The notes below the pieces were generated by a model, which ran no database searches, had not been told where the DNA came from, and saw nothing but the letters and a program-made list of their open reading frames with translations. Positions 39,367 through 51,489 of a stretch of 64,000 nucleotides of DNA are shown in pieces (the first letter of the stretch is position 1; every line of letters begins with the position of its first letter). Origin of the DNA: Octopus sinensis (Eukaryota). The DNA lies in NCBI RefSeq assembly GCF_006345805.1, contig NC_042998.1:173662001-173726000 (forward strand). The letters run 5' to 3'. The position numbers were made by a program, and so were the translations under genes.

Positions 39367-39470
39367 ATCTTTTAGACGTTGCAACGTTTCTGTGTCATTA
39401 ATGATTAAATTAGCTTAATTAAATTAAATTAAGCTAATCTACCATAGGTTACACTTCATCAGTAAAAAAC
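39367..39470 (-). ncRNA. Type I hammerhead ribozyme (array copy 1)
   Basis: TTTTA-CTGATGA-A-GTGT..ACAC-A-GAAA-CGT TGCA ACG-TC/TAAAA; predicted cleavage between 39375 and 39374. Confidence 0.75.
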
Positions 39471-39838
39471 CTGGGAGAGACAAATATACACGAGGCGTCT
39501 GTATCAATGCCTACGGAATATCTGTCTTAAAATTTTCAAGACTGACGTATTCGCGCCAAACTTATCAGCAGTAAATATAAACTGCCGATTCAATCTCAGA
39601 ATTATTCAGAAAATTATCAATTAGTCAATTTAGGGTAGCAAAAAAATTCAATAGAAATTTATCGCTACCAGCGGCCTGGTGGAAAAGAGAAAATAGTCAT
39701 CGACTAAATATATAAATATAACAATTTAGGAGTGACCCTAACAGGTCATTCGTCCACCAGAAAGAGCAGCCATAACTCACACCGCCAGTAGTAGTAATTC
39801 AGAAATTAGGTGAAAATTTAAAAACATTTACCCTAATT

Positions 39839-39941
39839 CATCTTTTAGACGTTGCAACGTTTCTGTGTCATAATGATTAAATTAGCTTAATTAAATTAAT
39901 TAAGCTAATCTACCATAGGTTACACTTCATCAGTAAAAAAC
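39839..39941 (-). ncRNA. Type I hammerhead ribozyme (array copy 2)
   Basis: Same motif; predicted cleavage between 39848 and 39847. Confidence 0.75.
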
Positions 39942-40310
39942 CTGGGAGAGACAAATATACACGAGGCGTCTGTATCGATGCCTACGGAATATCTGTCTTA
40001 AAATTTTCAAGACTGACATATTCGCGCCAAACTTATCAGCAGTAAATATAAACTGCCGATTCAATCTCAGAATTATTCAGAAAATTATCAATTAGTCAAT
40101 TTAGGGTAGCAAAAAAATCAATAGAAATTTATCGCTACCAGCGGCCTGGTGGAAAAGAGAAAATAGTCATCGACTAAATATATAAATATAACATTTAGGA
40201 GTGACCCTAACAGGTCATTCGTCCACCAGAAAGAGCAGCCATAACTCACACCGCCGCCAGTAGTAGTAATTCAGAATTAGGTGAAAATTTAAAAACATTT
40301 ACCCTAATTC

Positions 40311-40412
40311 ATCTTTTAGACGTTGCAACGTTTCTGTGTCATTAATGATTAAATTAGCTTAATTAAATTAAATTAAGCTACTACCATAGGTTACACTTCA
40401 TCAGTAAAAAAC
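40311..40412 (-). ncRNA. Type I hammerhead ribozyme (array copy 3)
   Basis: Same motif; predicted cleavage between 40319 and 40318. Confidence 0.75.
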
Positions 40413-40611
40413 CTGGGAGAGACAAATATACACGAGGCGTCTGTATCGATGCCTACGGAATATCTGTCTTAAAATTTTCAAGACTGACGTATTCGCGCCA
40501 AACTTATATTTACTGCTGATAAGTTTGGCGCGAATACGTCAGTCTTGAAAATTTTAAGACAGATATTCCGTAGGCATCGATACAGACGCCTCGTGTATAT
40601 TTGTCTCTCCA

Positions 40612-40715
40612 GGTTTTTTACTGATGAAGTGTAACCTATGGTAGATTAGCTTAATTAATTTAATTAAGCTAATTTAATCATTAATGACACAGAAACGTTG
40701 CAACGTCTAAAAGAT
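40612..40715 (+). ncRNA. Type I hammerhead ribozyme (array copy 4)
   Basis: CTGATGA at 40621-40627, GAAA at 40692-40695 and GUC at 40705-40707. Confidence 0.78.
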
Positions 40716-41085
40716 GAATTAGGGTAAATGTTTTTAAATTTTCACCTAATTTCTGAATTACTACTACTTGGCGGTGTGAGTTATGGCTGCTCTTTCTGGT
40801 GGACGAATGACCTGTTAGGGTCACTCCTAAATTGTTATATTTATATATTTAGTCGATGACTATTTTCTCTTTTCCACCAGGCCGCTGGTAGCGATAAATT
40901 TCTATTGAATTTTTTTGCTACCCTAAATTGACTAATTGATAATTTTCTGAATAATTCTGAGATTGAATCGGCAGTTTATATTTACTGCTGATAAGTTTGG
41001 CGCGAATACGTCAGTCTTGAAAATTTTAAGACAGATATTCCGTAGGCATCGATACAGACGCCTCGTGTATATTTGTCTCTCCCAG

Positions 41086-41190
41086 GTTTTTTACTGATGA
41101 AGTGTAACCTATGGTAGATTAGCTTAATTTAATTTAATTAAGCTAATTTAATCATTAATGACACAGACAACGTTGCAACGTCTAAAAGAT
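41086..41190 (+). ncRNA. Type I hammerhead ribozyme (array copy 5, GAAA disrupted)
   Basis: CTGATGA at 41094-41100. GACAAC replaces GAAAC, either by mutation or by consensus error. Confidence 0.55.
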
Positions 41191-41306
41191 GAATTAGGGT
41201 AAATGTTTTTAAATTTTCACCTAATTTCTGAATTACTACTACTTGGCGGTGTGAGTTTGGCTGCTCTTTCTGGTGCGAATGACCTGTTAGGGTCACTCCT
41301 AAATTG

Positions 41307-41366
<60 letters not shown>

Positions 41367-41372
41367 CATACA

Positions 41373-41408
<36 letters not shown>

Positions 41409-41439
41409 TGTATGTATATGTATGTATATGTATGTATGT

Positions 41440-41693
41440 AACACCAAAGATGAAGTGAAGTCAAGGATTATGGCAGCATTTACCAACTTAAACAAGGAGA
41501 CCGCTCATAAGAGCTGCAGGAAATTCCGAAGTCGTCTGGAGCCTTTTGCTGAAGCGAATGACGATTTTATTGAATAGATTTACTGTTAGGTATTTCAATA
41601 TATATTAACGTAATGTTGGTAAACATATCTGTTAAAATGAGATGTGAGTGTTATTTTTATTTTCGCGAAATTTAGATGACAGTTTATATACTG
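41440..41693 (+). mobile_element. Tc1/mariner (DD37D/maT-like) 3' fragment
   Basis: [45 protein letters not shown]. Confidence 0.85.
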
Positions 41694-41695
41694 TG

Positions 41696-41727
<32 letters not shown>

Positions 41728-41730
<3 letters not shown>

Positions 41731-42936
41731 CAGAATTTTAATTGATTTGCTTTTCGCAGGAAGGAAAGTTTTCTTGTCGATGATACGTCTCGCTTTTATC
41801 CTTCGAAACGTAGAGTAGATGAAACCTTTAGCGACTGAAGAAGGGGTTTTTTCTTTGTGTTAATTGTCCTGTACTCTATTTTTTTGCTGTTTTTAAATAA
41901 ATGTCCAGTTCTTTTGGTTTGTGTCTATGTTTCCGTTTCTCATTGTGATCGACGTCCTTTTGGTGTCCTGTACTCATATATGCGTGTATATGTACATGTA
42001 GAGGTAGGTACGTACATATATGTTTATATATATGCATATGTTTTATTTTATTTATTAATATATTATATGATGAAACGCACGCACCCCATCAAGTAAGATT
42101 GTTCTTTATATCAAGTTTTTGTTCTTGATATTAACTCTCACGCGCACTCTTAACCTTTCTGTCCCATCCCTTTCTCAGCCTTCATTCTTTGTTTTCCTTT
42201 TCCTCTACTTAACTTGTATCTTCCTCTCTCTCATTCTTCACTCTCTCTCTCCCCCTCTCCATTCTTCATGGTTTCCTCGCAGCCATTCCCTTTCTTCTCT
42301 CCCTTACTCTTGCTCCTCCTCCTCCCTTCCCGTCGTTCACCTGTGACGTGACTTCCGCCTTCCTGTCGTTCACCCGCGACGTCACTTCCGCTGCTGTCTC
42401 TCTCGCCTGGCTCTCCCAAGGTAATGGACGACATTCTCTTTTGCTCCGTTCGTCGTCCATAAAAAATTCTGCGTTTGCAATACTTTTTTTCGTTCGGCGT
42501 CAACAGCCCTTCTTATCTTGTTTTTCCTTGTCCTGTCTTTTACTGTTTACAATTTGTACTGTCGTTACTGTCCAGTTGTTACCATTTTTTACCCCTCTGC
42601 GAAAAGATCTCAGAATTTTAATTGATTTGCTTTTCGCAGGAAGGAAAGTTTTCTTGTCGAAGATACGTCTCGCTTTTATCCTTCGAAACGTAGAGTAGAT
42701 GAAACCTTTAGCGACTGAAGAAAGGGGTTTTTTCTTTGTGTTAATTGTCCTGTACTCTATTTTTTTGCTGTGTTTTAAATAAATGTCCAGTTCCTTTGTT
42801 TGTGTCTATGTTTTCGTTTCTCATTGTGTTCGACGTCCTTTTGTGTCCTGTACTCATATATGCGTGTATATGTACATGTAGAGGTAGTACGTACATATAT
42901 GTTTATATATATGCATATGTTTTATTTTATTTATTA

Positions 42937-42950
<14 letters not shown>
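41728..42950 (+). mobile_element. Non-autonomous element with about 340-bp direct terminal repeats (PLE pLTR-like)
   Basis: 41728-42068 repeats at 42608-42950 (880-bp offset) around a pyrimidine-rich core. Homologous to 54500-55355. Confidence 0.75.
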
Positions 42951-42978
<28 letters not shown>

Positions 42979-42979
42979 A

Positions 42980-43398
42980 GGCGCAGGAGTGGCTGTGTGG
43001 TAAGTACCTTGCTAACCAACCACATGGTTCCGGGTTCAGTCCCACTGCGTGGAATCTTGGGCAAGTGTCTTCTGCTATAGCCCCGGGCCGACCAATGCCT
43101 TGTGAGTGGATTTGGTAGACGGAAACTGAAAGAAGCCTGTCGTGTATATGTATATATATATATAAGTGTGTGTGTGTATATGTTTGTGTGTCTGTGTTTG
43201 TCCCCCTAGCATTGCTTGACAACCGATGCTGGTGTGTTTACGTCCCCGTCACTTAGCGGTTCGGCAAAAGAGACCGATAGAATAAGTACTGGGCTTACAA
43301 AGAATAAGTCCCGGGGTCGATTTGCTCGACTAAAGGCGATGCTCCAGCATGGCCGCAGTCAAATGACTGAAACAAGTAAAAGAGTAAAGAGTAAAAGA

Positions 43399-43400
<2 letters not shown>
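42980..43400 (+). mobile_element. SINE family A, full length
   Basis: A and B boxes, internal (TA)/(TG) tract and a 3' tail ending in GTAAAAGA repeats. Confidence 0.9.
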
Positions 43401-43453
<53 letters not shown>

Positions 43454-43924
43454 ATATGTATATATATATATAAAGGGAGCTAGGACTTAGAAATCTTTGG
43501 TTTAGTGCTCAGTTGCGCATCTTCTCTGCTTGAATAGGATGAACTCTAAGCTACAGTGATGGAAAAATCTTACAGAAAAGCTTGAGTTGTGTTATTCAAT
43601 GAATTTGTGGCAAACTTTTTCACCAACTTTCTGTTACCAATAATTCAGAAAATTGTGCCTTGTCATACTCAAGCCTTTGTCACCGAAGACAAAATATGTA
43701 TGCCGGTAGCCGAACGACTATAATACAGGTGTTAGATTCTCATACGTCGAAGCCGACAAGAGAATCGTCTATGTGTATAATAGATTAAAAGGATATTCGA
43801 AATCTGATACGTGAATAGTGGTTAGCTTTAAGGAAACTGTTCCATGGTAACTTAAATTCAAGGATTACTTATTACTCGCGGAGTATAATGTACTTAGTCC
43901 AAGATTAGAACTGATAGTATTACA

Positions 43925-44170
43925 ATAAATGAATAAATAAATGCGCCCTTTTAAAGCCTAGCCAGGTTCATGGGCCCGGTTTCCCGGTTTCAATGGCGTA
44001 TGTGTTCCCCAGCTGGACGGGAGGCCAGTCCATCACAGCTGAGTGAACTGGAGCAACGTGAAATGAAGTGTTTTGCTCAAGAACACAACACGTCACCCGG
44101 TCCAGGAACCGAAACAACAATCTTACGATCATGATGCTGACACCCTAACCACTAAGCCACGCGCCTCCAC
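43925..44170 (-). mobile_element. SINE family B variant
   Basis: Reverse complement of the family B head and core; the 3' part is shared with 53010-53110. Confidence 0.8.
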
Positions 44171-44264
44171 GATGGTATTATATTTATTCATTAATTACGA
44201 TCATTTCAACAATACAGAACTAAAGACATCTTAAATATAAATGAGTATGTAATATTGTTTCAAT

Positions 44265-44440
44265 TTTTGGCACAAGGCCAGCAAATTTGATGGAGTGGCT
44301 GAGTTGATTACATCAACACCCGTTTTATCGATTTTGGAAGGATGAATGTCAAAGTCAACCGCGGCGGAATTTGAACTCAGAATGTAATGCTACGAAGTAT
44401 TTTGCCGGGCGTGTTGACGATTCTGCAGCTCGCCGCCTTA
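44265..44440 (-). mobile_element. SINE family C
   Basis: GTCAACCGCGGCGGAATTTGAACTCAGAA...TTTGCCGGGCGTG..ACGATTCTGCAGCTCGCCGCCTT. Confidence 0.8.
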
Positions 44441-44522
44441 AATGGTTATGTAATATTAGATGTTAATATAAACATGTGATCCACGTTTATCTTGTCGAAG
44501 ATATAATAAAAAGACACTTGGA

Positions 44523-44574
<52 letters not shown>

Positions 44575-45270
44575 TGGTGTTAAGACCACAGAGGGTGGAG
44601 CTTACATAAGCTTAGAAAGGAAACGAGCCTTCAAATACATAAATGAGAAATAGCATAGGATAGTATTGGGAACATTGATTAATTTCGTTGCTGTAAATGA
44701 GGTTAGTAGTATGTCTAACCTCTTTAAATGGTTTCTAATAGTAGGTACTTGTATATTGAAAAGAAAGCGTAATTACTGGAACTTGCGTATCAGCATATAG
44801 AGCGTCATAAATTAACAAAGGAATCGATCTTCGTAGAATATTGATTATGGAATAAATAAAGGAATTTAAAGAAAATAAACCAGAAAAGAAATACATATAA
44901 AGGAAAGACGAGTGAGATAAGTGGGAGGTGCTTGGTTATTCTTAAAGGGACCGACTGTTATAACCAAAATAATTGCTACACGCACACACATAAAAATGGT
45001 GAAAAAGGCAATCCAAAGGGGAAAGAGGCATATTGGGAAGGGTTAGAATGTGCTTCGTCACTGTAATAGTGAATGTCTATTTAAGTGGTTGCTTAGGTAA
45101 ATATCATTTAGACAATGTCATTGATAATTCACTGTTAATTCCAATATTTCATTGTTAATTCGAATAATCACGTAATTAAGAACTGTAGGGTCGGACCTAT
45201 ATTTTCCACATATAGTGATGCGGTTTTGCAACGAAAATGAATTTGCTATTTAAGAAATATAAACATCATA

Positions 45271-45998
45271 GGCGTAGGAGTGGCTGTGTTGTAAGTAGCT
45301 TGCTAACCGACCACATGGTTCCGGGTTCAGTCCCACTGCGTGGCATCTTGGGCAAGTGTCTTCTGCTATAGCCTCGGGCCGACCAAAGCCTTGTGAGTGG
45401 ATTTGGTAGACGGAAACTGAAAGAAGCCTGTCGTATATATGTATATGTATATATATTATATATATATGTAGGTCCCGGGTTGATCCGGGGTTAACCACAG
45501 TAAGTAGGTACTCATACATAGCAGAGTAAAATTAATTTATTATATAGAAGGAGCTTCTACAGGACTAGTACTGTTTCATTCAAGAGAAATCTTCAGGACT
45601 TCCTGAAGATTTCTCTTAATGAAACAGTACTAGTCCTGTAGAAGCTCCTTCTATATAATAAAATATATATATATATATATAGAAATGTCGTGTTGACTAA
45701 TCTTGAAACGTACGTTCTCAAATAACCTTTGCACTTGATTTTTTATGTCTCTACCCCCATATTTGCGTGAGTTGAATTGAGCAAACACTATATGAGAGAG
45801 GTTTTCTTTAAGTATTAGAAATAGTTTTAAAAAAGTTTTTTAGCTGCTATTTCTAATGAGTTCAGTATGCGGCAAAGTAATTTATTTTACTAAGCCCTTT
45901 TATATAATGTAATAATTTGAATTCGCCTTAAATGGTCCCTTTGCATACTGAATACTTGGTGAAATTGATTAATTAATTAATTTTACCCTCAATTGTTG

Positions 45999-46033
<35 letters not shown>

Positions 46034-46310
46034 AGAATATATATATATATTATATATATATATATTATATATATATATATATATATGTATGTGTATATGT
46101 TTGTGTGTCTGTGTTTGTCCCTCTACCATTGCTTGACAACCGATGCTGGTGTGTTTACGTCCCCGTCACTTAGCGGTTCGGCAAAAGAGACCAATAGAAT
46201 AAGTCCTGGGCTTACAGAGAATAAGTCCCGGGGTCGATTTGCTCTACTAAAGGCGGTGCTCCAGCATGGCCGCAGTCAAATGACTGAAACAAGTAAAAGA
46301 GTAAAAGAGT
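45271..46310 (+). mobile_element. SINE family A split by nested insertions in its internal microsatellite
   Basis: The head (45271-45450) and tail (46090-46310) both match 42980-43400. Confidence 0.75.
45536..45663. repeat. Near-perfect palindrome of a PLE-like end with an HHR-like core
   Basis: Arms 45536-45598 and 45601-45663; CTGAAGA-T-TTC TCTT (G)AA-T-GAAACAGTA. Confidence 0.8.
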
Positions 46311-46605
46311 ATCTATCGTTATTTAAGTTGGAAATGATAACTAGAAATTACACAAAAGACACGTAATGCTTGTATAATTAAAAATTACGAAATCTTGTTT
46401 GCAAAAATACCACTCCATATATAATACTCCAAACACATACACTTTTGCCATACAAAAATATTCAAAACACGTGAAGGATTTTAACCAACAGGTCGTAATT
46501 ATAGAGGAAAATTTCATTTATACAAAGAATGCCTCAAATAACGACCGAATCTTTTAATAGAGATCAAAGCATTTTATCTCTACTTTTCATCTCGTATGCC
46601 TAAGT

Positions 46606-46742
46606 CAGTGGTTCCCAAAGTTTTCATTACTAATAATGAAATAAGGTTTCCCACGGACCCCAACATATTGAAAGATCTATCAGCTTAACATGTTTACGGA
46701 GTCCAATTATTACCTTTGCAGACTACAGGTTGGGAACCACTG
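46606..46742. mobile_element. hAT (Charlie-like) MITE
   Basis: TIRs CAGTGGTTCCCAA / TTGGGAACCACTG with an 8-bp target duplication GCCTAAGT / GCCTAGGT. Confidence 0.9.
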
Positions 46743-47349
46743 GCCTAGGTTGTTAATGCACGTGTCTTTAGATCTTTGTCTTTAAGTAACCCTTGTAACA
46801 CTCCTGTTCACACGCATGTATATGTCTGCGTATTTATACATACAAACACACATTTTTTACACTTTAGTTTAAGCTTTATATTTATACTTTATAACTTTAT
46901 ATATGCATTTATGTTATAAGACATAAAATATACTGCAACTTCGTTAGACCTTATCATATGTTATAAACAAATCTCAAGTATCCATCCTTTAATTTTCATT
47001 TTCCAGCATATCCTCTTGCCTAACTAATATGTTTTATACCAAACACTATATATACTTAAGAGTATTCATTTGTGGTCTAAGCGTCATACGATCGTACATA
47101 AATTCTAAATTCTATAAGACGCTCACGCATGCTTGTTTATTTAATCTATTAATATTTCTCCATGAAACTATATACGAAATATACTCTCACTAATCGCTTC
47201 CATCACGGTAATGTCTCATCTTACCCTTCTTCCCACTTCAATTATAGCATCAATCTGCTTATCTTATCTCAGGATATTCATATTTATGTTTAAATTGCAC
47301 TGGAGCCCTAAATAACAACAACAACAACAACGATAATGATAATAACAAC

Positions 47350-48967
47350 AAAAATAAACAGTAAAGTTCATACCTATAATAATTGGTGCGTTGGGAACAG
47401 AAAGCCAAGACAGTAGAAATTAGGAGGAGCATCTTCCGAGGGGACTGCCTGTCCCCACTGACCTTTGTATTCCGAGGAAAGCAAAAGCTTGGTATGTATT
47501 CAAAAGCCGCCAACAAAAAGTCAACCATTTGTTATTCATTGATGATGTCAAACATTTTGGTAAAGATGAAGCCCAAGTCAGTTCCTTCGTTGATATGGTG
47601 TATACGTTCAGTGCTGATATCAGAATGGAGTTCGGACTGAGAAAGTGTGGTGTGTTAGTCTTGAAGTGAGGCAAAATCAAATGTATGGACGGGCTAACGA
47701 TACCGTCGGGGGAGGTTATGAAGCAAATAGAAGAGACGGGCTATAAGTACTTGGGAATTTTGGAAATGAATAAATTAATGGAGAAAGAAATTACATAAAT
47801 TTAAGGTGGAGTACTTACGCAAACTGAGACTGGTCCTTAAGTCGAAATTAAACGGAAGAAATAAGATCGAAGCTATCAACACCTGGGCGGTTTCACTCCT
47901 TAGATATGGAGCAGGAGTAATCGCATGGACAGTCGACGAACTAAACAGCTTAGACTGAAAGACAAGGAAGTTGCTGACTAGATATGGGTCACTTCACCCA
48001 AAACGTGACACAGACAGACTGTATGTACCAAGAAAAAGAGGGGGAAGAGGAATTATTTTATGCGAACATAGCATGAAAGCAGAAGAAAACAACATAGTAT
48101 GGTATGTAAAAGATACCAAATAACTGCTATTATTATAAATAAGAAGGTCAGGCATGTGTATAATGAAAGACTGCAAAGATAAAGCACTATACAAGATATT
48201 TATAACGAATGAAACCGAAAATAGGTGGGTAAAGAAAAGAATGTATGTTCAATTACATAGGGATGTTGAACATAAGACAGACAGAGAAAAAAGATGGCTG
48301 TGGATGACTAAAAGTGCCTTAAAACCGGAAACAGAGGCTCTAATCTGTGCTGCCCAAGAGTAAGAACTAAGAACAAACTACATAAAATAGAGAATATACA
48401 ACACAGCAGAAAGTGATAAGTGCAGAATCTATGGACAAAACGATGAAACCGTATGGCATATTACCAGCCAATGTACGCCACTAGCCCAGAAGGAATATGA
48501 GAGACGCCACGACAATATAGCCAGGCTTGTCCATTGGACACTCTGCAACAAGTATGGACTTGACAGAGCAAAAAAGTGGCATGACCACAAACTTGAAGGC
48601 ATCGTCGAAAATAGAAATGCAAAGACCCTATGGGATTTTATGATTCACTACGACTATGAGAGAGAGAATAGGAAGCCGGACATAGTCTTAATTGAGAGAG
48701 AAAACAAACTATGCTGAATCATAGATATAGTTTGCCCAGCTGACAAGGTATGCGATAAGGAAGCCCTGGGAATAGAGAGCAAAAATCTCGAGAAGTACGT
48801 GGAACAAATAGGGGCTGCAATAAGGGTGGAGCATTTGCAGAAAACGGCACTGCTTGGAACGCCCGAAAACTCCGAAAGGTGCTCGAAAATTAAGAGATGA
48901 TACATTGGTTCACTGGTAGTGAACATCTGACACTGTAGTACACCTCCAGCGTTAGAAGCTATGCAAA

Positions 48968-49002
<35 letters not shown>
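47350..49002 (+). mobile_element. 5'-truncated R4/Dong-clade non-LTR retrotransposon (RT, Zn knuckle, REL endonuclease), decayed
   Basis: IFRGDCLSPL, MEFGLRKC, YKYLGI, LYVPRKRGGRG, ETEALICAAQE, CRIY...ETVWHITSQC, RHDNIA, RKPDIV and LQKTALLGT, followed by a (TAA)n tail. Confidence 0.9.
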
Positions 49003-49003
<1 letters not shown>

Positions 49004-49004
49004 C

Positions 49005-49176
49005 CTTTCTACTAAAGGCACAAGGCCAGAAATCTAAGGGAAAGGGACTAGACGATTACATCGGTTCCTGCGTTTTAGTGGTACTTGATTTATCGACCCC
49101 GAAAGGAGGAATGGGAAAGTCGACCTCGGCTAAATTTGAACTCAGAACGTAGCGACTGGCAAAGTACCGCTAAGCA
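49005..49176 (-). mobile_element. SINE family C
   Basis: TTATCGACCCCGAAAGGAG...AAAGTCGACCTCGGC...TTTGAACTCAGAACGT. Confidence 0.8.
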
Positions 49177-49326
49177 CACTAACCGGTAAAATTTCCACTT
49201 ATTTCTTATTTCTATCTTCCTAAAATTTTCGTTGCGTCTTGCAACCTTTTCAATAGTCTTGCAAGACGCAACGAAAATTTTAGGAAAATAAAGTTAAAAA
49301 ATAAGTGGAAATTTTACCGGTCAGTG
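49177..49326. repeat. Foldback of a PLE-like end
   Basis: Arms 49177-49244 and 49258-49326 with a 13-nt spacer. Confidence 0.8.
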
Positions 49327-49434
49327 TGTTACATTATAAGGCACCAAAAGAAATTGACTCTTCCCAGACACAACAGAATATGCTTCAACACACGAATTCA
49401 TATAAAGAATCTTGCGAACCAAATCCCAAAACGA

Positions 49435-49633
<199 letters not shown>

Positions 49634-50832
49634 TGAAACTGTAAATCGACATTACTCACAAACACGAACGTTTTCATTTAATCCGAAAGAAAGTAATAAT
49701 TAGGACGATACTTAATTCTGTCCTGAGTAAATAAGCCTACAGCTAAACTACTCTTGTAATTGTTATGACCTCGTGACTTTCCATTAGGACGTTCTGTATT
49801 TATACAATCATATTACAAGAAACCGCATGTTGCCCACTAATAAAATTGAAAATGCTAATATCATACGAAGTTCACTAAAACTCAGTTTGATATCACAGTT
49901 TGTAACTTGTAATAATCAATTGCTTTTGTATATCAATATTCTATGATCTCTACCTTAGTATGATATTAACTTGTCTTACTGAACCAGTTCGCCAAACTTA
50001 TACGATCATTTTATAAACTGGTAATCTTCATAGTAGTCATCTTGTAGCTAAATTTCTAGTCACTCATTTATCGCTCTCCTTCTCTCTTTTTCCTTTTTCT
50101 ATCTCTCTCCCCCTGTCTCTCTCCTCTTTCCCTCACTCTCCCTTTTCTCTCTCTTTCATATGTTACACCATCTCTTCCAGTCTCATACAAGTGTCAACTT
50201 AACACGATATACAACATGATAAATTTCTTCTCCAATGACTTATAAATAATCTGAAATCTTGCAAAACTATTTTGTGAGAATAAATCATCATATGAGTTGC
50301 ATATTCATTTCAATTATGTTATGGCATCGAAGTCACACGTGTTCATCGAAGTTCTATTTTTTTACAAGAGTTAGCACCTCTTTTACAATGATTTTATGTT
50401 ACCAACATATACGATAAATTAGCACAAAGTATTATGAGAAACCGGTGTTTCGACAGGTTGTGACTCGCCAGCCAGAAGTACTTGGGCAAATTCAACGAGA
50501 GTTGATGGTGTTGTTTATCCTTTTAGCGAAAAAACTTTTAACTGATTCGTACTGATATCAGCCAACCAATAATAAATCGTCATATGCACTATAAACAGCG
50601 TGATTCGAAACAAAAGATTTAAGTATTTATTTTTGACATGTTCCGACCAAATTTATCAACAACGGCAAAACTTAAATTTTGCATCTGGTTTGCAAGATTC
50701 TTTATGTGAATCCGCGTGTTGAAGCAAATATTATTGTGGAGATTAATATTGTCTTAATGCCATATTATCTACGCACTCACCGGTTCGAATTCCACTCATT
50801 TACTATTTAAACTTACATAATTCTATTTTATC

Positions 50833-50863
<31 letters not shown>

Positions 50864-50880
50864 CATACATATATATATAT

Positions 50881-50974
<94 letters not shown>

Positions 50975-51489
50975 ATTTCTACATTCGATCATCCTTCTGC
51001 ATTTCGTTTACTAATAGACACGACCGCTTCGTCTAGATATCATATAAAATCTAGTCCAATTAAATACTCAATCTAATATGGGCATCTCTTACACTCGCTG
51101 TAATTGAAATCATTATTTCAAGATTTTATTTTCCGAAGTTTAACATCGCACAGAAACAATAGCTTAGAACTTTATTAAATCTTCATTATAAAATAATCAT
51201 TAATTTATAAATACATTTTCTAAACTTCCAATTATTCGTAATTTTACTATTCTTTCCTCATTATTGTGGTAATTTAGGTTGTGTACCGATAGAATCATTT
51301 AAACTATTTTGTTTTCTCTAAACTATTTATACATCATACCCTTCAGTCATTTACGCGTGCTCGCACACACGGACGAACATCAACATTTGTTGCTTAAAAC
51401 TTATATTTGAGTGAGTTGTGTAATTTTCTGTGTGTGCGTGTGTGTGTGTGTGTGCGTGTACAAAGAGGAAATTAGTAGGTCGTCGGCGG

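Larger units (their letters stand above)
39147..41308. repeat. Tandem array of 471-475-nt HHR-containing units arranged as a foldback
   Basis: About 2.9 units run in one orientation (39147-40507) and about 1.7 units run inverted (40506-41308). (TA)n flanks both ends. Confidence 0.9.

Noticed and set aside
39147-41308. CRISPR-like or ordinary satellite interpretation of the array
   Set aside because: There are no unique spacers or cas genes, the context is eukaryotic, and the units are whole ~473-nt copies carrying ribozyme motifs.
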